The translations under genes were made by a program, and so were the position numbers. The notes beneath the pieces are model-generated. The model had not been told where the DNA came from, searched no databases, and saw nothing but the letters and a program-made list of their open reading frames with translations. Positions 1 to 13,900 of a stretch of DNA of 64,000 nt are shown here, in pieces. Where the stretch lies: assembly GCA_002633005.1 (NCBI GenBank), contig NMRA01000183.1, positions 373,553 to 437,552 on the forward strand, read 5' to 3'. The stretch comes from Phoronis australis (lineage: Eukaryota; Animalia; Phoronida). The first letter of the stretch is position 1. Each line of letters opens with the position of its first letter.

Positions 1-1374
1 GCACTTAATAATGCTGTCTGCCTTTTCTCCAAAATACAAGGTTTTTATGTCGTGTTTCGCAAGCTAATTATATGTTCCAAGAGCCCCCTATTGGCAGCAG
101 AGGCAACTGAGAACATGCAAAAGGACGCAGTGCAGTTCGTGTAATGCTTCGTACGCAAAAAGTACATTAGAGGCAAGATTTTTTATTTTAGATTATGAAC
201 AGGTTAAGAATGACTGAACAAATTATTATAAAGTCATTTTCAGGAAAGGTGCGTTATGGCTGCTACAGAATGACAAATGTGGCCGAAAATGGCCTCAGTG
301 AAAACCTGAAAAATAGCCGTTTTTGCCTCACAAATTCAAAACGTACAAATTTAAAAATGGATTTTGAAAGTTATGCCATTAAATTATTCAGTCATTGGCC
401 TTTCCATTCGTATTATTCATTTGTTTTGACCTTACCACACATGCTAGTAAAATGCATTCAAACATGCCTACTTCGACGCCCAATTTTGTTGCAAAATGGA
501 GGTACAAGTCATAAAAAGAAAAATAATGAATGAAAATTCTTAAAAAGTGAGGTTTTTCTACATCTCAACAAACCAAACTCATGTGCTAAGTTTCAAAAAA
601 ATCGGTGATTTTGGGTATAGACTCTACCTGTTGGTTTTTATATGGAGTCACTCTTAACATCGTACACAATCCGAAGTCATTGTCTATGAACAGGACAGCA
701 GAAAACCACCATTAAGTAACGATATTTAATTATTGCGGCGGTCTTGAGTGTTTGAAACGCACTGTAGGCAATTGCTTTTATGGCGAAAAACATCAGCCTC
801 CATGAAGGCACCAGAATACAGAGATAACACTGTTCTACACTTCCTGTCGAGGGCTAACGACTCTGGCCAAGCGGTATCTACTAGCAAGCGTGAAAGAAAA
901 ATCAGCGCGAGATTTATCAGGAAGTTATAGAGCATGTAGATTGTCCTCTACTTTTGGACAAAATACATTGTCAGTTAAAAAGCAAAACAACACATATGGT
1001 AATGAGGAAAATGATATATCATTTCAAAAGCAAAACACTTATTGATGCTATTATTGCGGCTTCTTTCACCAACGGGCCCAGAATCATTTCATGAACTGTC
1101 TCAACACAGCTTTTGAAATTTCTAGTATAGTCTCTCTTGAAATTCGAAATCTGAAAAGCATTAGGAAGCTGTGCACATAGAATTTTCTAACCTAAGTAGT
1201 TTGTAAACTATGTAAAGTGCACGGCTTCAGGTGTCTATAACACATGCAGCTGCAACTTTTTAGAACTGTGACTGTTCCAGACATATGTGTTGCGAGTTCC
1301 CAAAGAGTAAACGCGGAAATGAGTAAAATGATGAGTTGTTCCACCTGCAGCCCTACATGTATGTGTTATGGAAA

Positions 1375-1490
1375 GAGGTAGACCACTACACCAGTATGAA
1401 CTTTTACCATGATATCGATAAATGTAGACCACTACACCGGCATGCATGTACCATGCTATCGATAGATGTAGACCACTATACCGGCATGCT
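1375..1490. repeat. Short degenerate tandem repeat (about 45 bp, 3 copies)
   Basis: gtagaccactacacc(a/g)g(t/c)atg recurs near 1378, 1424 and 1468. Confidence 0.65.
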
Positions 1491-1788
1491 TTGCATCAAC
1501 CGAATGCCAAAGTTTATCTCAATAACAGGACGGATTAGAGAAAAATAATAGCAATTTCGATTTCCAGTGAAATATTAGACCCCGGACGCATGTTTGAAAC
1601 GCCATCTTTCGGCCATACCACACAGGAGAATGTTACTACAGTAACTTGTTCCGTCATGTACAAGTAACAAACCAGACCAAGAAACATTTTATCACGATGC
1701 ACCACTAGAAGCAACTTGAACAAGTTGGAAAAGAACGTGGCTCTTGAAATGTTATGTTCAGTGGCAATTTTGATCTGTATATACCAAC

Positions 1789-1911
1789 CTTGACATGATC
1801 CCTGATACAAAATTAATCCAGACTTGCATACACATTTTTTACTGATGACATTACACACAGCACCAACGGGGCACTTCAAACCTCCGGCCTCACATGGAAC
1901 AGTCCCTATAG
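1789..1911 (-). CDS. EGF-like module exon 29 (AIGTVPCEAGGLKCPVGAVCNVISKKCVCKSGLILYQGSCQ)
   Basis: ttttctag| ... CAAG|gttggt; 123 bp. Confidence 0.87.
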
Positions 1912-4900
1912 CTAGAAAAACAATAACACAGACATTAGACTAGGTGCGACGGGAAAAATTCATTGAGAAGTCCATTTATTTTCAGCTAAACGTGTAACTA
2001 AGTGTTTAAATAATGATAATAATAATTGCACCAAGGAAACAATATTCGCCTTTGCTTCTTGACGTACACTGTCGTCGACTAATCGACGGTTCATTGGAAA
2101 TAAAAACCGAGTTTTACTTGCCTTGGCATGAACCCTGGAAGAGCACGAAGCCAAACGTACATCTACACACTTTCTGGTTTTTGTCACAGAAAGAGTTTGC
2201 TGGACATTTAGTGCCACCCGCGCTACAAGGAACATCCGCTATTGCTGAAAGCAAAAAATGTTATTATTTTCGACTCAAAGTAAAATGGTATAATATTGGT
2301 CTTTTTTATCATTGCCTGGATTGCAGTTCTCTCGCAAACAGATAATATTCCCTCGATCTCCACACTCCGCGATACCCTTGACCCACAATCTGTAGCAGTA
2401 GAGGTATCTTCCATAATATGACTGCATGTACATTGCTGAGTGGCTCCTCCATGTGACTTAACTACAAGAATCTGCTGTGCCACAAGGCTGGTGATTAAAA
2501 GTATGAAGTGGCAAAAGAACATGATTTGAAATGGCGGCTTGTTAGTGTTCTTTCGTTGTGGCGGAAATAGATCCACAAGCGTGTACCAATAACCCCGTTC
2601 TACAAAACTTAGGGAGAGAGTACGTTAACGACTATACCCATGATTTTACAATTGCTTTTTGTCGTATACTCGTTTGCAAGTATATACTTTATGTCACTTA
2701 TATAGGCTTGTACGTTAACGGTTTGATTTTTCAAACTGTATTTACTGAAAATATTACCTATCCATGGGTTCCTTGCACTCTCTCAAAATATCTTGAATCT
2801 GCCATTCACTGAACAGCAGATGATAATTCTTTCAAGGTAACGACAATTGTAACGTTGGATGGTCTTTGATTCCATTCGGTTGCGTTGTTTTTCTTCTGTT
2901 TTGGGCTTTCAAAGTTATTAAATTGAAAAAATACATACACCGTGTACGAGGCTCTTAATACTAGCCAAAACCAGCGAAGCCGGAAGTGAGTCGATAATCT
3001 AACGGAGCCGAACCCGGATTTGGGTATTGTATGTCGTGGGTCGACGGGTCGTGGGGTCTTGGGTCCAGGGGGGTCTTGGGTTGAAGGGTTATAACTTATT
3101 TTATTGCAAAATGTACGGCATACATATGTACTGTAGGTCGATCAGGAGACAGTTGGTCCATCATGCAAGTCGTTTGTAGGCAATAATACACCTTGAAGTT
3201 ATCTACTAATTGTGTTCACTACCCCAATTTTAGAGGTATCATCACTTTTGTGCGCCCCGGATCCAGTGTATAGGAAAGAAGTAAGCAAGAAGACAGCTAC
3301 AAATGTTTCAAGGAACGAATGTACTTGTGACCCACTGCCTTCGCCAGTGTCTGGAGGGCAGTAGATTGCAAACGCCTTCTAATTTACATATGCAGCATAT
3401 ATTGTTGGTCTAAAAACGAAGCGCACATGCAAATTGTAGAAAAACCGTTCCGCTCAACAAACTCAATGTGTCCAGCAACGTATGTTTCATAAAATACAGC
3501 AACATACACACTCCTCATGAAAATATCCATACTTCCACGTAATTGCAAAGCAAACTAGTTCTATCGCTGATAAAACTGAAACCAGTTGTTTGATTGCCAC
3601 TATCACACGACTCCCAACCTGTTCTTGAAACTTACGCGTGCACTTGCCGTTGTATCTAGTGAATCCCCATCTGCACACACACTCTTTCTTTACTGGGTTA
3701 CATAGTTCATTAGCACCACATTTGGTACCACCCAGCTTACAGTCAACTATGGCTTCATCTGTCAATTGCGAAGAATACATAAGTATTTGGTTAAATCAAC
3801 AAGCTAATAGCATCTTGCCTATTGGTTAGAATAAGCTCCGTGCTGTACAAGCTACTGGGAACACTGTCCCGCATCGTTTAAATAAATGCTGCACTTGAAG
3901 GGAAAATTATCAGCATTCCACGGCAATTGATATAAGTAAGAGTTTTTAACACATGTAGAGGTGTCTCATTCTCATGACTTCAATCGAACAATCTTTAGTA
4001 TAGATGCCAATAATCTTCATAGAAGCACATCCTTCTTTATAACAAAGTACACTGTAACTGCTATTCACATCATCAGATTATATTTCTTTTCTTATGGACA
4101 TGTACTTGTTTATATACTATTAACGTGCACTTCATTATTAGATGCTCTGGCTATTCTCTTATGAGTGTCAAAGGCGGGACATGGGTCTCGCCGTTAATGT
4201 GACAATATGCCCAAGAAGCAGTATGAATTGTATTGAAACAGAACACCATATCTTCAAATTGGTGGAAAGCCCCGTATATGATGAAGCTACAGGTATAAAC
4301 AGGTTAAACAGGTTGATGGGTAATATGTCAACAAGTATTGTCATCTTTAAGAGACTGTAACAGTCAGAAGAATTGAGGACATTAAGACATGTAGCCAAGT
4401 TTATTGAACATGCAGAAACTCAAAGGAAAAGTCTTTTAAGTGATTAATTTCAATGTAATGTAAATCTGCTGATTTTGCTCATTTGCAATATGGGCCAGAG
4501 GCCTCTTTACTCTAATGAACATATCAAAATTACTATTTATATATCCATTTGCATTTGTTTTTTATACACTTACATATAAATAATGTTATTCAGTTTTGTA
4601 ATTTCTACCTGTTGCCACAGATAGTGAATGGTAATTTGTGATGATTACCTGTTGCCACAGATAGCGAATGGTAATTTGATTTGTGCCTCAGAGGACTAGG
4701 CGCTTTGCTTGAAATTATACATATAATATGACGTACGTGATGATACCTGTGGGTCAGTATACCGAGATACGAGATATATGCATGTAACCTGATTTAAACT
4801 TAAAACTGGTGGTTATATTTACCTAGACACTGGCCCTGGACAGCCACGTAACCCCACTTACACTTGCAGACTTTGGTGGCCTTGAAACAGAAGGCATTGG

Positions 4901-7900
4901 CGGGGCAATGTGTGCCCCCTGCGTGGCAGGGAACAGTTGATATATCTAAATGAAAACAAGGTTGTGAATTTCAGTCTTGATTGTAGCAAAGCAGCCAATT
5001 ATGGAAAGAAAGCGTACTTCACAGAAAAGTTGGTGAGATAAGACGTTACCTTGAATGAACAAATAAGGATACTTGAGATTGAATTTGTCACATGTTTTTC
5101 ATCAAGCTGATCTTTGCTAACCTAGAACAATTCCGCAATTTTAAGCCCTTGAAAACAACGTTAGAATTGAAATAATCATGTCAACTCGGAGAGCTTGTAA
5201 GTAAACCATTTACGACTTAATAAAATCCTCAAATCAACTCGGAGAGTTTATTAGTAAACCGTTTTCAATTCAGCAAAAAGCAACTAGCGTTGTCAACAAC
5301 AAAACTGGAACTTTGTTATTTTCATATGTTACCTTGACAGTGGCCTTGAAATAAGATGTAACCCCAGTTGCAGTGGCAAGTTTTTTTAGCAGTGTTACAG
5401 AATGAATTGGCAGGACACCGTGTACCACCGGACTCGCAAGGTACTTTAGAACGTTCTAAAATGTACAAACATATTGTCACTCACAGTGATATAGCAGTCG
5501 ACCTTCGTGTAAAACTAATTCTGCTTTACAATGGTAAACAAAGCATGCATGCTTTCTGAATTTTGTTGAACAGCAAATTTAAACTAGAACAATCTGGAGC
5601 GTTGAAATGCGCCTACAAAATGCACTGCAACCAGTGTGCTTCTAGAGGTGTTTATCTTAAAAATGGCTACTGGATGGCTCAGAATACATTTAACCCATCC
5701 AAAATAGGGAAGGTGTCGTCGTCTTTCATAATCATTTGCAAAATTTTGTGAAAATAATCAAAGAGCTCTTCAGATACATGTACAAACTAATAAGGCAAAA
5801 GTAAAAAAACCAAACTACCATCAAGGACCACCGCAATAGTCAAATCCATACTTGTCAATTTAATATGAATAAAACGGCAAAATGTCACAAACATCTTGCA
5901 AGGGGTTTAGGAGATACAGCCTTTGATGAAGAAGCAGAAGAAATAAAACAGACTAAATGGTTAAAATGGGAACAGAGTGGTTCAGAATACATCAAACCCA
6001 CCCAAAATGAGAAGGCGTCGTCGTCTCCTTAACAGAAGCCTTTTTATTTTATTCCTCAAAAATCTGAAAATGAGTTTCAATGATACAGAGGACAACGAAA
6101 AAATGTCACTAGGTGAGCCCAGCGGTAGTAGGTTCCATCCAAATGTCCTTGTCAGTTGTCAAAGTCCCATAAATGCACTTTCAAGTTTAACAAAGATCAT
6201 GTACAGGGTTCGGCAAATAAAGGCATAGATGCAAAACACTGGCACTAGGAGCCATGGAAGTCTGAGTGGTCCGAAAATCATCATGAGCCCTCCTCTTCAC
6301 AGGAGAAACATAACCGCAAGTTTTCATCCTTAGAGTGCTTTGGTTGATAAAAGGCCGGACGTCAAAAACAGACTAGAAATCAGTAAAAATGGCAACTAGA
6401 TGGGTGCATAAAACATTGAATTCTTCCAAAAATGAGAACATTTCATAGCTTTTTGAAAAGTCAATAGGTTTCAAAGCTATTGACTATTCTTTACAAAAAT
6501 CCGTCAATGAACTTCAGAGAGATGGAGGAAAACGAAAAAATGAAATTGGTGGCACAGCCTTCGTCGGATCCGCCAGGAAGTCGTAACCAGCCTTTGTCAA
6601 TTTTATATCAGTACACTTGCTAAAATTGAATAACGATATTACAGAGGGTTCAGAAGATGCAGCTACGTGTGCAAAAAAACAAAACTGCCACTAGGAGGCA
6701 GGCGCCACAGTAGTCAAAGTCGTCGAAAAGTCATCGCCCAACGTCCTCTTCACACTAGCATATATGTTAGTTTTCACAATCATCATTAGTGTGGTTTGGT
6801 TGACACTGAGGGACGGACGGCCAAAAATATACTCAAAAACAATAAAACTGACCACTAGGTCAGGCAAAATACCTCAAATCTGTCCGAAAACAGGAGGATA
6901 GCGTCATCTTATTGATGCTTAAGAGCCACAATTCATGAAAATCTGAAAGTCGTCATCTGTCGTTAGCTTCATTGGAATACATCTGGTAATTAATTTCACT
7001 GAGATCCTGTGAGGGTTTAGGAGATACAGCTGCGGTCGCCAGACACCCGGACGGACAGAGATAACGGCAATATGCAACTGTATATACATGTAAATGTGTG
7101 GGTAACAATTCATATCAGTTTGATTTTGACAAAGGTAAATAAAATAGCTAGAGCGACTGCCATGAAGCGACTGAGCCTGGTTCGAACCAAGATCCAAAAC
7201 ATACGTGCCTTAAATAACTAGAAGAAAATGACAGGGTCTATTTGAGGATGCATCAAGCATATGCGGCACGAGGACAAGACGTAAGTGCACTTGTCCAGCT
7301 GGTACAACGTTCCTTGGTCATGACTAGCTGCTTGCAAAACATCACATGTCTTAACCTGTTGATATGGCTAGCGGGACCAATGCACGAGACAAGCGCAGCC
7401 ATTTAGAGAAATTCACTCATAGTGAGTAAAAGTTTGTCTGTGCTCTACTCCCAGATGAAGGAATCGGGTACAAAACAATGTACAGTACAAGCACTGACCA
7501 TATTCAGTACACACATACATGTAAACATAACAATGTACAAGCACTGTCCATAGTCAGTATATACAAACATGTATACATAACTATGTACAGGCACTGTCCA
7601 TAGTCAGTATATACAAACATGTATACATAACAATGTACAGGCACTGTCCATAGTCAGTATATACAAACATGTATACATAACTATGTACAGGCACTGTCCA
7701 TAGTCAGTATATACAAACATGTATACATAACTATGTACAGGCACTGTCCATAGTCAGTATATACAAACATGTATACATAACAATGTACAGGCACTGTCCA
7801 TAGTCAGTATATACAAACATGTATACATAACAAAGAAACAGGCAAGGCTAAGTGGCTTATCACCCGCACGCAACAAGTACGTTAATTCTCCCATCTGTCA

Positions 7901-10900
7901 ATGCAGTGTCTTTCTAGACGTCTACGTCTAAAACCTGCCTGTTGCTTACAGAACCACAAGTATAACCAAAGTATTTCAAGCCATAATAGACAAAAGACCA
8001 CATACAATACCTTGGCATTCGCCTTCATATTTGATATAAGCCGCAAGGCATCTGCATACTTGTTGAGAGACATCACAGTATGAGTTGGTCGGACATTTTG
8101 TTCCTCCAGATTCACATGGAACTGTGCTTTTTGCTTAAAAAAGAAATAGTATGATTTAAGCTTAACTTTCTACAGATTTTCTCTCAAATAAGCTTGCATA
8201 CTAATCATAATAGTTCATGGTGACAGATTTTGTATTAGCCGAAATTTTAGTCGTTGCAATTTGAACGGATTTCAAAGAACCCACACAAATATACAGTAAT
8301 TATCCTCCATTTTTAAAATTAGAACTTTTAGTCTGAAACACCACCCTCCAGTCTATCACTAGCAATGGAGTGTCATAAAATTCACGTTAGTACGATGTGG
8401 AAATATCCAAATTCCCCGTGTGAGGTTGTCACTGTTGTTCCCAAGCCTTGCCCAGAATTCCTTTTGTTAAATATTCTGTGTGCATAGCTGCGGCAATCCA
8501 ATAAAAATCTTGGTGAAAAATTACTGACATGAAATCGTTTTGCAAGGTTAAGTTCAAACACTGATTATAGACAATAAAATATATGATAAAGGAAAACGAA
8601 ATGGCATGAAACAGAGGCGCTGATGACTCACCATAAAGTGCACATGACGAAGCATTTTTATGTATTGTAAGCGGCCATGTGAGCACCTTAGGACCTTACT
8701 GACAGTTCCGCGTGTTTAACAAAATATCAAGAGATGTTAACCTACTAAAAGTATTATTTATTTTCTGAGTGTAAAAGCTTGTGTGAATATGTCATCATTT
8801 GGGTGTAATTTTAAATTACGTTAAAAATAGGTACAAACAACGGTATCCATAACCAGATCAAATTTCATTGAAAGAGAAATCTCAGAATGTTGTTGAAGTC
8901 TTCTAAAACATCATTTCATTTCCTAAGAGTACTTTCACGAAAATCAGTCACTTTTTATAGAGCCCTGACTACAAAGGTGGAACATTTTAAAAGCGATTCC
9001 AAACAGCACTTTTATAACACTACGTACTAATATTAAGATCCAAATGAGTCCCATCAGCCAATGTTGAAATATGATGTTCCAAAATTACCCAACAATTAAG
9101 CATTTTCCAAGGGTCCCAAATAAACTAAAATATCTTCTTTTGAGCGTTCATTCTAACCGGCGGTCTTGCTTTCTGATAACACTCGAACTCTTTTTCTCCA
9201 TCAGACCTTGCCATAAGATGTTCAGGTGAACTCACCTTGGCATTTCCCTTGGAACAACACGTAACCTGGTGCACATCTACATACTTTACTACTGGTGTCA
9301 CAGAATGCATTCTCTGAACACTTGGTGCCACCAGACGCACAAGGGACAGTTGCAATAGCTGAAAAACACCAACCATAAACGATTAACTCTTGATTAAACA
9401 ATGGTCTATGTTCCTACAAAGCGTGCCTCTACTTGATGCATTATCTTGTCTTGGTTAAAGTCTTCAATTCCTTATTTGGAAAGTTACTTGATATAAGTAT
9501 GTGCCGCATTGCTGCTGCGCGCTGCAGACACTGACACTCCATCTGAAATCGACACGAAATCAAGAAATCAACCGACATTAGTAGGTAGGGGTAGGTTCCG
9601 TTACCAAGTTACTTGTTATTTCTGAGACCAATCCTGTGCCATAATTGCTCAGAGGTGTCTAACCACTATGACAATAGACGTATTCCTTTACGGAAACTGT
9701 CGAATTCCTGGGGAGCGCCATATTGAGGTCACGCCATTACAAGCATGCTAGACTAAACACTGGAGTCATTACAGCTTGCCTGTAAAACCAGCCTTCTGAG
9801 CTAGTGTGCCTGCTTGTGTTTTGTATTTGGTAGCAGATCAGCTGATTTGAAATCATTGATAGGGGGTGAAACCTAAAGCCAGTACAAATCACATAATACT
9901 GCAAAGTATATGGTTGCAATTGGACCAAAAATGGGTACACCAAGTACGTATATAACGTTTTTGGGAGGCAGGGGTAGTGACAAATGACAAATACATTGTT
10001 CAAAAATCTGGATTTCTGAAATACCTTTTACCCAAAGACAAAATTATGGCAGATAGAGGTTTTACTATTGATGAACCCCTGTTTCCAAGACGAGTTAAGT
10101 TAAACATACCAGCTTTCACCAAAGGCAAGTCACACCTTAGTAAAAAAGGTCTGACAAAAACATGGCGCATTTCCACAGTAAGATTCCATTTGGAGCGACC
10201 AATACCGAGACTTAAAAGTTTTCAAAATTTTGAGTTCCAGTATTAATCCGGTGTAAAGCTCAGAATCAGTTAATAACTACTTGATTTTCTGTGCTGGGCT
10301 TGTGAACCTACGTGCTGATCTAATCAGAGATCAAAATTTGGAAGACTAACTTCCGGAGTTTTTAAGTTGCCCATTCCAAGTGGTAACATGTACTGTTTCA
10401 ATAAATTTCTGAAAGTAAAATGTATGCATCCGTGCAACAGTTTGCTCAAAAAACCTTTCACTGTGTAGCACACCTATGTCATAATAAAGTCATTCACACG
10501 AAATTATCGCCTACGTAAATAAAGGTGGTGATTCTGTTTTGACCTAAACCAAATGTGATTAAGGCCATTTCCAGTTGTGTACAGAACTAGTTTTGCTTTC
10601 TTTAGTCCAGTACAAAACATGATTGTTGATACCATTGTTTGAATGGACTGTTTGATGTTTTTATCACCTGGACAGTAATGTGGTGCAACTGAACTAAGTG
10701 ACTAACGAAAATAATCTTAATAACAGTTGTTAAGATTGTTTTAGTGATTCACTAAGGTTAAATAATACACAACATACGAAATTCATCACAATTTTGCAAT
10801 ATTAAAACATGGTTATTTGGCTCTGGGATGTTTCTGTGAACACTGTGTCATGCTGTTAAGAACGTTTGTGGATAGATTACAGGGGACAGTTCAGCCTCAA

Positions 10901-13900
10901 GAAAGTAAACAAATCATAACAGTACATGACCAACGCTGGGGCAGATCCATTTAAAAAAATTAAAACCCAAGTTAGAATAATAAACAAACAACAAATTCAT
11001 GTCAGATCACATATTTAATTAAACACAGACCTTATACAACCCAGGAATATGACTTAGAATAGCTCACTACCAAGCTGAGCCGCTGTGCTGTTTTTGTTTT
11101 GAGCATTCGTGTAATGGCTAACTTTGGTATGAGAAGCCTGTGGCTGTTATGTAAACTATAGTGCGAAGTCTAGCAATATCCGACATAGCTGGTGCGTGGG
11201 ACCATGATATCAGACTGTTGTCGTACATGCAATTCACACCGACAATGGCCAATCTCTTGAGAACAATTGCTGCAGTCGATTAAGCAGACGGAGTGACAAT
11301 TACCAACAAATAAATATCTCGACGCATAAAAATTCGCTGATTGGTACACTAACGTTTCATAAACTTCGACTAAATTCTACAAAAACGCTACTTTATTGTC
11401 ACATTTTAAAGATAGTTCTGGCAAGATATCCAAACTTGTCAAAGTATGACAGAGTTCTGTCGATTTATGTCACTTTAGGTGTCGACTGAATATGCCGGCT
11501 TGGACAAAAACAGGCTGATTGGGTATCAGTAAGTAACCCTTCATGCAGCTCAAAATCTCGTTTTAACGAAAAAAATAATGTTCATACGTTAAGTAATAAA
11601 TATGGTTTATTGGCATTTAACTTTATCTTAAACTCTTAAAGTCCAATCACTGTTCAACTAAATGGCGTACCTTTTAATTCCATTCGAAATTATCGTTGGA
11701 GCTCTGATATTTTTCAGTAACTGCAGATGTTGCTTTATTCGAGGTATGCAAGCTTGTATTGAGCTTGACGACCTGCAGTAACATGCAGGAATTTGTGCTT
11801 AACTCATCGCTTCAATAAGTCGTCCAAATCATCATTTCTTACAAACAACAGAGCTAACGAAACACTGATAACCCTACCTTGGCATTTGCCTTGGAAGTCA
11901 ATATATCCCACTTTACATTTACAAGACTTCGTTTTCTTATTGCAGACAGCGTTTGTTGGACACAGTGTTCCGCCCGAAGCACAAGGAACTTTACTTATTT
12001 CTGCAATGACCACAGTGACCAGTTATACAACATTTTAAATAAACTGCGATTAAAACATTCAGTAGTATACGTAAGTCTCTGTTAAGCAACAAATTAACAA
12101 AAAGGGTCATAGCCTAACTGCTGTGATGAAGTCATTAAGATGCAAGGACAATCCTAGCACAGACATCGCGTGAGCCAACCAAAAATGTTCGTACATTATT
12201 TGTATTTGAGATTTGGTGCGATGGATGGAAACATTTTTCTCTGGTGCCATTGATATTAGCATACCCTAGGACACGCCAATATTGCACCAGTAAGTTTGCA
12301 TCCTTCAGTCATGAAGCGAACAGTTACAAATCATTTGCACATATGTAGGCGACGACTAAAATTGTCATGGAATAAGTTCACAATTTTAGAAGTACAGATG
12401 CCAAATGAGTTGATCACGTTTGAAGAAACTCGGGTGGTTGTGCCTCAGTTATTCATTCAAATGTGACCGGTCCAATGGCTAAATGCTAACACGTAGATAA
12501 CTAATTACTGAAATGTTCACGTTTGCATTTTTTTCCAAAATGTCAACTGAATGTGTTTTGGGCAGTCCAGAGTTACCGAAGTTAAGCACAATCGTCCCTA
12601 GTTACAGGATCATACCCCATTTATACGTACAGGTGTGTGTACGTACATGTATATTCAGATATTATATAGCCTGGAGAAAGGTCTTTCCAAATGTGTACTG
12701 TGGCACCCCACGTTTGTCTCTGCTAGTTAATAGAAAGTAACCTACCTTGGCATTTGCCTTGATAGTTCACATATCCTGCACTACATTTGCATTTTTTGCT
12801 TGCCAGGTCACACTCAGAGTTTGACGGGCATAGCGTTCCTCCAGACTCGCACGCAACTTTACCAACCTCTGCACGAAATAATTTAGACAGGTAAGAATTA
12901 CAAAAGAAAAAATAAAAACATTCAAATTTTAATCATCCTAGTCTTGGTCTAATGTCCTTTTAATGTAATGTTATTTGAGGTGCTTGCTACTTCTACAAGT
13001 AGCGGTGCAGTATTGCTCATACCATATGTACTATGGTACTATTAATACTGTAATGTTAGTTGAAGTGCTTGGTACTTCCAAAATTAGTGGCACAGTATTG
13101 CTTATAACAGATGTACCATTAATACTGTAATGTTACTTGAATTGCTTGTTACTTCCACAAGTAGTGGCACAGTATTGCTTATAACAGATGTACTATTGTA
13201 CTAAATAATATTGTAATGTTACTTGAAAGGCGAAGGCAACCTTTTTCCATGTCATTTTGAGCTAAAATAAGGTTGGTTGGTTATCCTAGACATATTTTCC
13301 ATTTAATTACAGCTTTTCGTAATTTTATAAATTACTCGTCCGCTACTCCGGAAGTGACGTTTTAGGAGGCAAGCGTTTCCCGCCACTTGGTTTTGCGTTG
13401 ACTTTACCGTGCGAATCTGTTCTATTCTACTTTTGTTTTGTGCTGTTTTTCAACAATTGTCGCCACCACTTTCCATCGGCGAGTATTCTGCGGCAAGATA
13501 GGTTAGTAGCGAACTCAACTACGTTGGATTTAGGGATTGTTTAGTGTGTTGTAAGCTCAAAATGGCTGGAGTCGGTGACCCGTATCAATGTGACAGTAGT
13601 GTGAGTGACGGAGACCTTGTTCACAGCAGTGGTGACGAGGAATTTTTTCACGGACATTCAGTGGGGGGTACATGTTTGAGCCCGAGTATAACGAGGCAGA
13701 GTAAGCACAGGCACAGGCAGTTGTTGAGAGAAACGAGGCGGCTACTGAGGACAGACGTGGTGATACATCTTGGTGCAAATGCACTGTGTGCGTTGTTGTG
13801 CCTACCTCAATGGAATGCTTGTGCTGTTCAGAGTTCGACGAGGCCAAGCCACTACTGGACATGGTTAAGTGTACCTCCGGCATACCACGGACAGAGGAAC

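Noticed and set aside
7481-7832. CRISPR-like array
   Set aside because: Head-to-tail repeats with no unique spacers, no cas genes, and a eukaryotic context.
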